Assembly: GCA_964035575.1 (NCBI GenBank)
Contig: OZ037833.1
Span: forward strand, 2,790,001-2,854,000
Direction: 5' to 3'
Source: Rhynchopus sp. YZ270_cl-10
Lineage: Eukaryota
DNA length: 64,000 bases
Below, piece by piece: positions 32,869 to 45,217 of this stretch. Both the position numbers and the translations under genes were made by a program. How positions within the stretch are numbered: the first letter of the stretch is position 1; every line of letters starts with the position of its first letter. The notes beneath the pieces are model-generated. The model had not been told where the DNA came from. It saw only the letters and a list, made by a program, of their open reading frames with translations, and did not search any database.

Positions 32869-35849
32869 GGGTGAATTTTTTTTGCCCCCCCACGTTTCAT
32901 TTCACGAAACATTTTTTTTTGGCAAAGACATTTTTCAGCTGAAAAAAAAAAAATTTTTTTTTTTCCCCCTGACAGGCCCTGTGCTCGAAAAAAAATTTTT
33001 TTTTTTCTGTGGGTGAAAAAGACATGTCGAAAAAAAAATAAAAATATAGTCGCCCCTGGCGGGACCTCGCCCCATTTTTGATATGATAATGATCTGAACC
33101 AATGATTTCTTTACTTTAGTTTTTCTGCAAGTGCGGCTGTTGTGACCCTTCTTGTCACACTTACTACATGTTGTGCGCTTTCTCTTTTTTTTTTTTGGGA
33201 GGCTGTGACACACAAATATCATCATTGATCTTCCTCTTACGGAACTCTGAAGAGTCAATGTCATGGGATCTTCCCTTTCTGAGACTGCTTCTTATTCTGT
33301 TTCTGTTTCTTCTTCTGCCGATCTCACGCGCCTATCCCCCATCGCCAGGGAGGATCTGGAAGTTCTCTCATTTCTTGTGAAGATGCCTCGCTTTGATTCT
33401 GCTCGCTTTATGCTGGTAAGCATGGGGGAAATGGTTGTGACAGTCACTTTGGTGTTGTGGGTAGAAGCACCCCAGGGAGATGTGCATTCCAGAAAGGTGG
33501 ACAAGGTTCCCATATACCTTTGACACCAAGATCTCGGAGAAGCTCCCTATGGACGATGATAGCGATAGTGAGATAGATACGGATGCGGATGAAGAAGAAG
33601 AAGAAACAGAAACAGAATAAGAAGAAGTCTCAGAAAGGGAAGATCCCGTGACATTGACTCTTCAGAGTTCCGTAAAGAGGAAGATCAATGATGATATTTG
33701 TGTGTCACAGCCCCCCAAAAAAAAAACACCAACATGTAGTAAGTGTGACAAGAAGGGTCACAACAGCCGCACTTGCAGAAAAACTAAAGTAAAGAAATCA
33801 TTGGTTCAGATCATTATCATATCAAAAATGGGGCGAGGTCCCGCCGGGGGCGACTATATTTTTATTTTTATTCCCCTGGGAAATAAAGTATACGAAGGAT
33901 TTGGCACTTTTAGCGGGATTTTATTTAATGATAATTTCACGCTAAATTTTGGTACATGTAGGTAGTAGGGCTGGAGGGACCGTCCAGCCTTTTTTAGCCT
34001 CCCTCCAGCCTCCTCAATCCCGCCAGCCCCTCAGCGGGCCTATCTAGGGGTCCGCGGGACCCGGTAGCGCTGGCGGGAGGGTAATGAGAGCTTTTTTTTT
34101 TTTTTTTTCACGCTCTTTTTTTTTTTTTTCCCTGAGAGCTTCCTGTGAGGACACATACTCGTTAGTTATTGCACAATAAATAAGTCACGCTAAAAGTGCC
34201 AAATCCTTTCGTATACTTTATTTCCCGTGAAATAATAACTATTTATTCACCTCCTTTTAGCGGGGTTTTATTTTGCGATAACTTCACGCATTTTTTTCCC
34301 AGGCGAGGGCTACTTAATTTGCCGAGCGAAGCGAGGCAAATTGAGTGCACGAGCCTGGGAAAAAAATAAGTGAAGTATCGCAAAATAATCCGCTAAAAGG
34401 AGGTGAATACGTAATTTTATTTCACGGGAAATAAAGTATACGAAAGGATTTGGCACTTTTAGCGGGACTCATTTATTGTGCAATAACTAACGAGTATGTG
34501 TCCCTCCAGGTAGCTCTCATTACCCCCCCGCTAGCTTTTGCTCGCTGGGAACCTGCAAAAAACTGGTGAACTGGGCCCATACCCTGGTATGTGGGGTGGG
34601 ATACGCATTTTCGGGGTGGCAGAACCATGTGTGAGCCACAGGGTGGTGCACGTGTGACCCCATGCAGTACCACGCAACCCACGTTTTTACACACACAACA
34701 ACGGCATTTTGCGCGTAGCGCGTACAGTATGTAGCCTAAAAAGCCCACACCACGTGTACGCATAGCGCGTAGCGTAGCGTGTGGTCGGGTTTGGAAAGCT
34801 GCCTCAACGGTACACAAAGCTACATCCCGACCTCTCGCCACCTCAGTGTCCCCTCGGGTGCGGGAGGTCGGGAAATGGCTGTCGTGCAAGAGCGAGACAC
34901 ATTCAGAAGATCCCCGCCCATCACAGAATATCATGCCAGCCACCACCTTCCTCACAATGAAGTAAAGGGGGTGGTGTGTCCTTCGTCTTGATAGTGAGAT
35001 CGTCACGGAGATACACTATGTAAGAAACGAAGTCGGCTTCTGTGGGCTTACCGTCAGTCTTGCCAATGAATTCCTTAAAAAGCGGTCCCATTCACGGACG
35101 TACGGTGTCGACAATGCTAGTCCTTACTGTAGTGCTTGTCCATCTCCTGTCGGAGGACCGTTTGCGTCTTACATCCTTCGGCATGTTGCATGTGTCAGAA
35201 AAAATGGGAAAAGGGCAAAAAAAAATTCGAAATTTTCAATTTTTAGGCGGGTGGTAGTGCAGGATGTACCAAAATTTAGCGTGAAGTTATCGCCAAATAA
35301 AACCCCTGTTTTAGCGTGAAAAAAACAAAAATAAAATCCCGCTCTGAAGGAATTGCAGTGAAAAAAAGTGAAAAACGCGTGAAATAAAGTTCAATGAGCG
35401 GGTTTTTAATTTGCGATAAAAAAAGTGCGTGAAATTATCATTAAAAAGAATCCCGCTAAAAGTGCCAAATCCTTCGTATACTTTATTTCCCAGGGGAATA
35501 AAATTACGTATTCACCTCCTTTTAGCGGATTATTTTGCGATACTTCACTTATTTTTTTCCCAGGCTCGTGCACTCAATTTGCCTCGCTTCGCTCGGCAAA
35601 TTAAGTAGCCCTCGCCTGGGAAAAAAATGCGTGAAGTTATCGCAAAATAAAACCCCGCTAAAAGGAGGTGAATAAATAGTTATTTTTTCGACATGTCTTT
35701 TTCACCCACAGAAAAAAAAATTTTTTTTTTCGAGCACAGGGCCTGTCAGGGGGGAATTTTTTTTTTTTTTTTTTTTCAGCTGAAAAATGTCTTTGCCAAA
35801 AAAAAATGTTTCGTGAAATGAAACGTGGGGGGGCAAAAAAAAGCCACCC
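32869..35849. mobile_element. Fold-back DNA element with ~165-bp TIRs, nested inverted repeats, and relic CCHC knuckle and tyrosine-recombinase-like frames
   Basis: 32869-33035 is the reverse complement of 35685-35849. Termini GGGTG...CACCC are flanked by ACAT on both sides. Inner inverted pair 33036-33315 / ~33596-33870. Confidence 0.8.
34142..34510. repeat. Long imperfect palindrome centred on GCGAAGC (34326-34332); reverse-complement copy at ~35450-35685
   Basis: Arms match throughout: gacacatactcgttagttattgcacaataaat...atttattgtgcaataactaacgagtatgtgtc, and tattcacctcc...ggaggtgaata. Confidence 0.92.
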
Positions 35850-36547
35850 ACATACAAAAAAAAAACTACGGTACACGCCATTTGATGCAGGAAAATAAAT
35901 ACCTGTCTTAGGGATTTTGGCGAAAACTCCCCTCATCTGAGCACGTGGATCGAGGTCACAGATTTTTCTTTCTTTTATTGATTGTTGAAGGTGAGGCGTG
36001 GTAGTCCATCTTTGCAAACATTTTTGAGATTTTGTTCTTTTTTTTTTAGTACACCAAATCTTAGGAACACAGTAGTAGATATTTCAAGCATGTGTATGGT
36101 TTCTTTGTCTCTGTTTTGTAAATAGACAAAAAAAGTTCACACATGTACAAAAAAAGAATCGAGAGGTACACCTACGTTACACACATCCACAAAACGCAGA
36201 AGAAGCACAGGCAACTGACTTCCGAGCATGTCAAGTAGTAAAAACAGTATTTTAAAACAAAGAAAATAGGCAGGCATGCCCCGCACATTTTGCATTAGAA
36301 AAATACACTTCGTGAACTCATCCTGTTTTGCTTTTTTTATATTATTTTTTGGAAAAAAGCTTGACGCCTTCAAGCTTTATAATATTGTTCCCTTTTCTCT
36401 GTCCTCATTTATTGTTTTTCCAACAGAGAAAACCAAAACCCCATAGAACATAGATCCTTGCAGCGTTGCAAAACACTTCCCCTCTTTTGCCATCTCTTCT
36501 CAAGACAGACAGCAGAGAGGGGTGTATCCTTTTTTAGGAATAATTTA

Positions 36548-36739
36548 GGGAAAAGTCACTTAGTACCCAAGTTTGTTGTACCTATTTCGGATAATACCCA
36601 GTGGTGGTGTGATTCAGGGGGTACGGACAACCCATGGAAGAACCACGAGGGAACCACGGAGAATCTGTTTGGGTGATCACACCGAGTGGGTATTATCCTA
36701 AATGGGTACTAGAAACTTGGGTACTAGGCTACTTACCCC
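36548..36739. mobile_element. MITE, Mutator-like (9-bp TSD)
   Basis: Imperfect ~60-bp TIRs (tagtacccaagttt / aaacttgggtacta; ggataataccca / tgggtattatcc). AATAATTTA duplicated at 36539-36547 and 36740-36748. Confidence 0.8.
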
Positions 36740-38628
36740 AATAATTTAAGCTGGCTCAAGGCATCAAGATGTTCGCTTCGAATTGGATGTTGGGACAACA
36801 TCACCCCAACAATGCACCTAATATACAGATACACAGTACACGAGAGGGCTGTGCTGTAAACACTTAGGTTCATCGAATAAACTCTCTCTCTCTCTCTTTT
36901 TGGTTTCTTTTTCTAGGGTATGGTCAGCATACTTTTTTTTTTGTGAGAAAATGCGAGAGTTGTTTTCTTTCTGCGCTCACAAAAAAAGAAAGATGGGAAT
37001 ATATTTTGATCCCTCTACCCATGCTATCAATATGTCGAAATACTTTCTGCGCTCATTAAACTACATTAATTATTCCATTCCGTTCCATGTCCTTTCCCCT
37101 TCCCCTTCCCTGCCTGCCCTACCGTGTGTTGATGTTGTCAGGGTCGCTCTTGATATAGTGGTGCACAGCCATACAAAGAAAACAAAATAATGCTGCATCC
37201 ATCCTGCCTTTTGGAATTCATTAACCTTCGCGCGATTTTGTGCGCGTCTTCGGACGTGGTAAAAAGTCGCAAGACCGGGAAAAATAAAAAGTGATATAAT
37301 TTGGTTGAGGATCTGTCAAAAATAGCCAACCCCAGGAGCACCAGAAAGAAAGAGAAAAAAAAACGCAGCTCAAATTGCGCGTGTTCGTGAGGTCGTTTGC
37401 GCTTTCCGCTTCTCTATCTTTCAAGGATGTAGTGTCCAGAGTTTCATGTACTTTTGTAAACGTCGTTTTAACGAAATATAAAAAGAAAACAAGAACACGT
37501 GTACCAATTGCTTTTTTTAAAGTTCACTAAGCACGAGAGGCTCGGCCTTCTCAACTAACTTTGCTTTCTGACCGAACGGGATCTTTTTTTCTAAAAAGAA
37601 AGGGTGCATTTGTGTTGACCCTCTCAAATACTTTCAATTCTGTGAACTGAAAGTATATGAATCTAATTTTTTCTCTCTTTGTGACGGAGCGTTGTCTAGA
37701 CGCTCACGTTTTCCTCTCTCCTTGCACGCTTCTTTCTTCCTTTTCTTTAAATACAATATTCCAAGACTTGGCAACAAATAAGTTTGGAGAATTTGGCGAC
37801 TTTTTTTTTTTGCCAAACATATTTTGGAGCATTGTATTTTAAAAAAGAAAGTGTAAGAAATAACTCTCCTTATCTTTGGCATGTCTTAGCAAAATTGGCC
37901 TACCCTTTACGTCAAATTCTAGTCGTGTCTTGTAACCATCGTGCAATCCTACACTGTACAATCTATGCAGCCCGAGAAACTGATGAGCGTGGCTTCGCAT
38001 TATTACTATTTGTTGTTGTTGTTTTTGGGGTGCATTGTGTTGACCCTCTCAAATACTTTCTATTTCAAACTGAAAGAAAATGAATCTAATTTTTTTTTTT
38101 TGACTAAGCACGAGCGTCTTAGGTTCATCTTATAAACCTTTCCCTTTTTTTTTTGGACTTTTCTTGTGGCAGGACACGTTCCTGTCTTTTTGCCATTTTT
38201 TTTTGGGGGAGTTTTTTTGTTGTTCGAGTCCATCGATGCAAAAAGAATCACCCTTTTTGAGAATACCTGGACAGCGGAGACGCTTTTTGTTAACCCAAAA
38301 TTGATAAGAAAAATATGAAGTTGGCCAACCTACCCGGAGTGACTACAGGAGCCTTGCACACTAATCATTCTGGGGGTGGTGTTGATTTCTGACAACGTGC
38401 GGTGTCCATTGAACAAGGCTGCACACATCTTAGTCAATTGCAAGGTTCGAAGAGCAAGAGAACACTGTTTGATGAGGGAGGTCTCAATTGACAATGGTTG
38501 AATGTTTAAAGGCATCGCAAAATAAAGGCCTGATGGGAGGTGTGTTTGGTGATACAGTGTCGAGAGCTTGTTGTCGCAGTGTAGCGTTTTTTTTTTCGCA
38601 CAGTCTTTGCCTCTTTTTCAATTAATTA

Positions 38629-38751
38629 CCGTATTCGTACAAATTATCGACCGTACTAATGTTTGACCGTAATAGTGTTCCCTCCCGACCTTTTCAGGAT
38701 TTTTTTTTGGAAGTTCGACCCTTTTACGGTCGAACATTTTTACTATTACGA
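38629..38751. mobile_element. Possible degenerate MITE
   Basis: Inverted segments atgtttgaccgtaa / ttacggtcgaacat; TA-CCGTA-like left end. Ends decayed. Confidence 0.35.
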
Positions 38752-40119
38752 TATGTCTGTGCACGAGAGGCACATTCATCTTTCAAGTTTCCTCTTTTTG
38801 CGTAAGGTGACTAAGCATGAGAGGCTTAGGTTCATCTTATGAACTTGAACTTTTTTGTTTTTGTTTTTTTAGTGACTAACCACAGTGAGGGATGGAGGAG
38901 GACCCAGCTCCGTCACAGACCTAATTAGCCTGTGTTTCTGATGATCCCCGTTCATCTGACCGAAGCGCGTGGGCATACCACGAAAAGGATGAGATGGATG
39001 TAGAGAAACCGGGACACGCATCCAAGGTACTGTCACGAGAGGCGAGTGTATTGCAAGTCACATTGTTTTTTTGTCTCTTTTCTCCATTTTATACGTAGGG
39101 AGGATTCCCTCCTCAATGGGCACGTGGTTGGTACGTGCCTGCGATACCCAAGGTCTTGCACGTCCAACTTCTTCATTGCCACCTTCCGTTTTATTTTTAT
39201 TTTTCTGATATGTTTTGTCACACTTGGAACGCCCCGGGAAATTTCCAAGGCGTGCGGGTTTGTGGGCGTTCCAAGTAGGTTTATGTGCGCAAGGCGAAAA
39301 TCGTCTTATTAGGCGAGACGTGAGAGACTTGAGTTCATTTGAACTTTTCTCTTTTTGCACTGTGCCTTCATTCAACAGATGTCTCCACGTTTGTCAACCT
39401 TTTGGTGAACCCAACACAGCGAGGCCAGATTCAAACCCTTTCCTCTTTTTTTGTAAATGCCTGTACTTTTTTTTTTGAAACCATTTGAACGATGAGGCGT
39501 TTGCACTTACAACCTCTCTTTTATTTTTTTCCGAGCACAGCTAGTCAATTCCGTCGTGTATCTGCATCATTTTTGGGAATCCATAGACCATAATGTTGTG
39601 GGTCACACACGTTTTTGTGACGTAGCCCTTTCTTTGTGTATATGATGGGTTTTCTAAGGTGCATGCGACGGGCACGTTTATCTTATCAGCTTTTTTCTTT
39701 GTTTGCAAAAAAAAAGAGGAGACGACGCTGGTAGATAAAACTCCATCGTTCGATTGAAAATAATATCTTAATCTTTGTTTGTGATACCCAGCGGCGAAGA
39801 ACTGGTCGCAAAAGTAGACCAACGCCGCCTCTGTTATTTTGCAAACAAAAGACACACCCCCGTCCCCAAAGATGTGTTGATGTCTGTACGTCCCACATCC
39901 TTTCCCCCCCCCTCCCCCTCGCTCTGCCTATTCCTCAGGTCTGTTCGTTCGAAAGAATTGTGCTTCTTTTGATTTACTCTGTACTGTTATCCCCGGGGTT
40001 CTATCATCACTCTTGGAAACCGGGTGACTGACACGAGAGTTGAACTGACGTGAGGATCCACCCCTGAACCTAGGAACTATTAGAAATAGAAGTTGTTGAA
40101 AAAAGAATCTTTGTGAGGT

Positions 40120-40203
40120 CCATAGATGGTAGTCGGGCCGAGTCGGCCCGACTCCCAGATTTTCCAAAAACTCGGCCCGACTCGGGCCGACTACCATCTA
40201 TGG
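40120..40203. mobile_element. 84-bp palindromic mini-MITE
   Basis: CCATAGATGGTAGTCGG...CCGACTACCATCTATGG flanked by AGGT on both sides. Confidence 0.8.
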
Positions 40204-41019
40204 AGGTGACAAAAAAAAAAGCGGGGGCTTTTGGGTTCATTTTATATCTAAAAAAAGAAAACGGAGATTGCTCAACTGTGGTAACACAACCGAGGCAACT
40301 ACACTAACCCAACAATTTATCAAAAAAAAAAACTATTTTTCTTTACTCAGGGTTCGATATCCCACGGAGGAACAGGCAGTGCATTTTTTTTTTGCGTCCC
40401 TTCCAATGTGCGGTGAGGTGTTTGTACTTTGGACCTTCTCTTTGTTTTGTAGTTCTTTATTGTTGCCCGTAGCTGCCTTTCTTAAAACCCACATTGTCGG
40501 AAACAGCACGGGGACGCAACTTAAGAGGCAATACAAAACCCTCCTCCCCTATCATATCCCCCAATATCTCCTAATGTTATCAGCGAGAACGCAGCTGGAA
40601 AAGAAAAGAGAAATAAAAAAAAACAAACAATTTTTTCACAATTATGTACCGCCTCTTTTTGACAAACTCCTGGTTCTACTTCTCATCACTTTATGACCAT
40701 TGGATTATTTGTTAACAGATAGCTATTTTCGTGCACCTTTTTTTTGTCGAAAATAAAAGGTCCCTTATTTTCTTTGGGTAAATTCTTCGAGAAGAAAATA
40801 TTCGAGGAAAAAAAATGAAGCCTCTTTCCCACAAAAAAAACTACAAAATAGCCACGACAACAACGCTGCATAATTTTCGTGATATTTTTCTTCTCCCACC
40901 ACATGAACAGAAACCACCCCTCCCTCTTCCCCTGATTGCCTTCATTTCTCTCTCTCTCCACCACACCCATCCTCATCCTCATCCTCTCCTCCAGAATTAC
41001 ACACAAAAAAAGCTATAAA

Positions 41020-41832
41020 ATGACAGTCGGCAGCGAAACGAATTTAGACCTTGAACAGGAGAAGGTGCACGAAATGCTTTTAGAGCTTGACCAACAGAGA
41101 CAGCAACACGAGCGTGAAGGGAAGTTCTATGAAGCACAGGAGTGTTTGAACAAGATGCGCGACATGAACTTGAAGCAGGGGAAGAAGGTCGAGAGGCTTG
41201 CCCGGAGTGTGAACGCACATGAGAAACACGACATCACAGAGCGTCAGAGGCTTGAGCTTCTGACCTTCACGAAGCTGTGGGAGGAGAAGCTTGAGGAGTA
41301 TGAGCGGCAGGCGAAGGCGATCATCACGCACGTCAAGAACAGGCAGAACAGTGAATACAAAGAGCAGGAGGACATCATCAAGATCCAGCTCATGAACAAA
41401 CGCCCGCGCTTCAGCAAGCAGGTCCTTCAGATGCGTGAGGAGCTCGAGAGAATGGTCAGGCAAAAGAAGTACCTCGACGCGGAGAACATAAAACGCAGTC
41501 TGAAGCCGCTCGAAGACGAGGAGATCAAGCGTTTTGATGAACAGCTCTCGCTTTCCTTTGCAAAGAAGACGCAGCTTCTCAAACAGCAGTACAGAAACGA
41601 GATCAACGCGCTGAAGCAGCGCATCAAGCTTGGTCGTGAAGAGCTTCTCGCACAACGCAAATCTGACTTCGAACGCCTCCTCCAAAGACACGCAAACGTC
41701 TCAAAAGAGCTCGACCAAAAAACACGTCTCCACGTCTCTCGTACACGTGACTACGTCCAGCGACAAATGCATGCCCTCATAAACGCGCCCACCAAAACCT
41801 TGATGGACTTCCAATTGGTACCACGTGCATAG
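41020..41832 (+). CDS. Coiled-coil protein (270 aa), unknown function
   Basis: E/K/Q/R-rich helical ORF with KFYEA and KKYLDA repeat motifs; coding-like composition. Confidence 0.8.
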   Translation: MTVGSETNLDLEQEKVHEMLLELDQQRQQHEREGKFYEAQECLNKMRDMNLKQGKKVERLARSVNAHEKHDITERQRLELLTFTKLWEEKLEEYERQAKAIITHVKNRQNSEYKEQEDIIKIQLMNKRPRFSKQVLQMREELERMVRQKKYLDAENIKRSLKPLEDEEIKRFDEQLSLSFAKKTQLLKQQYRNEINALKQRIKLGREELLAQRKSDFERLLQRHANVSKELDQKTRLHVSRTRDYVQRQMHALINAPTKTLMDFQLVPRA

Positions 41833-41880
41833 AATTTGAGAAGATTTTTTTTTAGACAGAAAAATGTGAATTTAGACATA

Positions 41881-42049
41881 CACGGTGGACTTGGTCAGAC
41901 CGGACCCTTGACTAGCTATTTTGACCAGTCTAAAAACGACTAATCAGATGACTAGCCTATACTAGTCATGTAGCTCTGTTTGGTCTCTCAAACAGTGCGT
42001 GTCCAGTCTAGACTAGTCATATGACTGAGGGTATGGCCAGTTCACTGTG
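41881..42049. mobile_element. MITE with CAC termini and TA flanks
   Basis: TA|CACGGTGGACTTGGTC...GGCCAGTTCACTGTG|TA, with internal GACTAG repeats. Confidence 0.6.
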
Positions 42050-42169
42050 TAATTTTAATGGTTAGAGCGGGGGGTAGGGGGGTGGGGACAATTTGTTCAG
42101 TAATTTGTGTTAAAAAAAATGGGGACGGTATCGTTTCCTGAAATAGACGGTGTTAAAAAAAAAACAATT

Positions 42170-44349
42170 GAGAAAAGTTCGATTTCGGCCTCGAAAATTA
42201 CCGTGACACCGATTTGTCACGGAATTTTGTCACGGAATTTTTTTGAAAGATTCGATTTCGTGACAAAAAAAAATCGATTTCGTGACAAACCAATTTTTTC
42301 ATTGACACACAAAATTCGATTTCGTGACAAACCGATTTTTTCATTGACAAAAAAAAATTCGATTTCGTGACAAATCCAAAAATTCAGTGACAAAAAAATG
42401 TCAATGAAAAAATGGATTTTGTCAAGGAAACCGAACTTTTTGTCACGGAAAAAGTCGTGACAGGGCACTGGGTACTGGGTACACTGGACACAAGGATAAA
42501 AGTTGTGAAAGAGCAACCACAGCTCCACATGACAAACACAAAAGTGTCCAGTCACGTGGGGCATGCATGCACTGAGGAGATAATGATCCAACAATTTACA
42601 AGAAAGATTACTTAACCTACTGCTGGAAATTGCCAGGTCGTAGTAACACACAAAGTGTGCCTCCGTTCGGGAAGACCGGATATTCTAGAGACCAAAAAGG
42701 CCTCAAGAATATCTTCCGGTAGTCAAGGTATAACCGAATGAACGGCCCAAGACCCCCGTGGAGAAGTTAAATGTGTAATGCTATCAGGTAGAAACTGCGA
42801 ACACTGTCTTACCCTCCTCAATGCATGGTGGAAGATGTCTTTACAACAAATATCCTGTACCCAGGTACCAGGTTCCCAGACCCACGTAGTACCACGTCGC
42901 AGTACTACGCAAAATTTACCACCAGACCCTGTCTTCGTGCACCTTAAGTACAACGCCGCAGACAGGCCAAACATGCGTTGGACTCAGAGGAATGCCTGCT
43001 GTGCAGTGTATCAAAACATGAGAACCAACTCCCAGCAACAAGGGGCGCCTTTTGGCGGGCGTTGTTGAGGGTGTTTGGGGTGCAAAGTTTTCCACAATTT
43101 TGATGCGCGGGTACAGAAGTGTTATCTTGTTCTTTCATCTCTAGGAATGTAAATGTCAATCGCGTTTAACTACCACTAGGGCTTGTTCAGTGAACCCACG
43201 AGGGGTCGAAGGGGGTTGGTTATCCCGTATCTATCAAAGGTTGTGTCGACCAGGCGAAACCACTATGTTACGCTGTACGTTGTTAAATCCGAAGAAATAA
43301 CACTTTAGCAGCCGCAGGAAGTTTGCTAAAAAGAGTGCCTCACGCTACACAAACCACCACCCGCGATTGACTTAGATGTTATAACAAAGAGAATTCAGAA
43401 CAAAACAACACCCTGCCCCATACACACTAAATTGTCATGCTTCGAGAGCATGCCTGGGCCAAAATTACTATGACGAAAAGGCAACAAGACCACCCACAAG
43501 GAGTGTGAATTGTGCACTGGTTTTCTGGGGGAACAAACAATATTTTCTTGTGTCTAGTCCTCCGGAAGCAGAGGACAGACTTTCCGGAAGGTTTCCAAAG
43601 TCGAATTTCTTGCACTAGCTATGCTCCCTGGTTAATGGCTATAGCAGTGACTGACAAAGTGTTTCCACCCCCCTTTCCACCACCATAATAACCGAACTCT
43701 GCTTATCAAACCACAATCTGAATCTGCTTCCGTCGCATGCGCTGGTGGATTCGATCTGTTTTGGTGTGTGTAATGGAATGTATGGGTGAGGGTTGGGGTA
43801 TTAGGTATAGAAACTTGCGCACCCATTAATTTTTTACCGAATGAAAATGAAATCTGCAATGAGTGTCTGCTGCATATCATTTAGTGGGGCTGGCCTCTGG
43901 CCAGAGGCGTGCAAGCCTGACCGTGTTCGCGATATACTAAGTCTTGCATAATCATAAAGTTATCATACCTTGTGTCTTCAGTCTCTGCCCTTAGGTTTCT
44001 AGACAGCTCAAGAATGGCCTCTTTTGTGTTTGTCAAGTGGCTGTCTGGTCACTTTTCAGTGACTGGCGGGTTGGCTGTCACGACTTTTTCCTTGACAAAA
44101 TCCATTTTTTTCAATGACATTTTTTTGTCAATGAAAAAATGGATTTGTCACGAAATCGAATTTTTTTTTGTCAATGAAAAAAGTCATTTGTCACTAAATT
44201 GAATTTTGTGTGTCAATGAAAAAATCGGCTTGTCACGAAATCGAACTTTTTTTGTCACGAAATCGAATCTTTCAAAAAAAAATCCGTGACAAAGTACCGT
44301 GACAAATCGGTGTCACGGGTATTTTCGAGGCCGAAATCGAACTTTTCTC
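42170..44349. mobile_element. Non-autonomous Mutator/Foldback-like element with ~300-bp TIRs
   Basis: GAGAAAAGTTCGATTTCGGCCTCGAAAAT... is inverted at the right end. TIRs are built of TCGATTTCGTGACAAA sub-repeats. 9-bp TSD AAAACAATT at 42161-42169 and 44350-44358. Confidence 0.9.
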
Positions 44350-44785
44350 AAAACAATTTTTTCTTTGATGTGTCTGTGTCCGTGAGGCGCATTCATCTTT
44401 TCAAGTATCTTTTCTTCTTTCGAACCTCGTTTTTTTCAACCTTTTTTTATTCGTAGATATTTATCCCCTCTTTTCCCCCCTAAAAAAAAACATCACTTCT
44501 GCTTTCCATCCCTCACCTCTTGAGCTTTCATATTTTGTTGGTGTTATCCACTCATGTATAGGATTCCAGCTTGCAAAATATGAGGGTGTTATTTTTTAAA
44601 AGGATACGGTTCACTAAAAAAAAGCGGGGATCATTTTTGTTCACTGTCGTTGTTGTGTATAAGATGCATGGTCGTGGACAGTTTGCATACTGCGTGTGGT
44701 GTAAGAGTACGATGGGGGGATTGTTCGTGTATATTTCCCCAACGGAAATTATGGATTAGAGTAGTGATGATGAGTAGTGCACACC

Positions 44786-45048
44786 GCCTCCCTCCTCGGC
44801 AGTGTTCGCATCAGAGTGAGCATCGCTGGAATAGGGACGGCAAGACATTCATATCTCAACACCGTTCAGCAGAAACCCCCACCAGCCTCCCTCCTCGGCA
44901 GTGTTTGCATCAGAGTGGACATCGCTGGAATAGGGACGGCAAGACATTCATATCTCAACACCGTTCAGCAGAAACCCCCACCAGCCTCCCTCCTCGGCAG
45001 TGTTTGCATCAGAGTGGACATCGCTGGAATAGGGATGGCAAGACATTC
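44786..45048. repeat. 99-bp tandem repeat, ~2.7 copies
   Basis: Units start at 44786, 44885 and 44984 (gcctccctcctcggcagtgtt...) and are nearly identical. Confidence 0.95.
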
Positions 45049-45217
45049 CATCCACCCTTCCCCTCCCCCCTCCCTTCTTTCGCTCCCACCGTCCGCAGAA
45101 TTCACATCCATAGAGTGAAACATTTTGCGAAACTTGGGTGCAAGACTGACTTCCCATCCCCCATCCACTCACCCTTCATATCATATCACACATGCACCCC
45201 AGAAAACACAACACAAA

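Noticed and set aside
33648..33965. CCHC zinc-knuckle ORFs as host genes
   Set aside because: Fragments with a stop and frameshift inside an inverted repeat; treated as element relics.
38935..39020. CTGATGA...GAAA, possible hammerhead ribozyme or C/D snoRNA
   Set aside because: Could not build convincing stems I-III or a terminal stem by eye.
42225..42400. Spaced TCGATTTCGTGACAAA repeats resembling a CRISPR array
   Set aside because: Spacers are irregular and related, the repeats are TIR sub-repeats mirrored at 44130-44310, and there are no cas genes.
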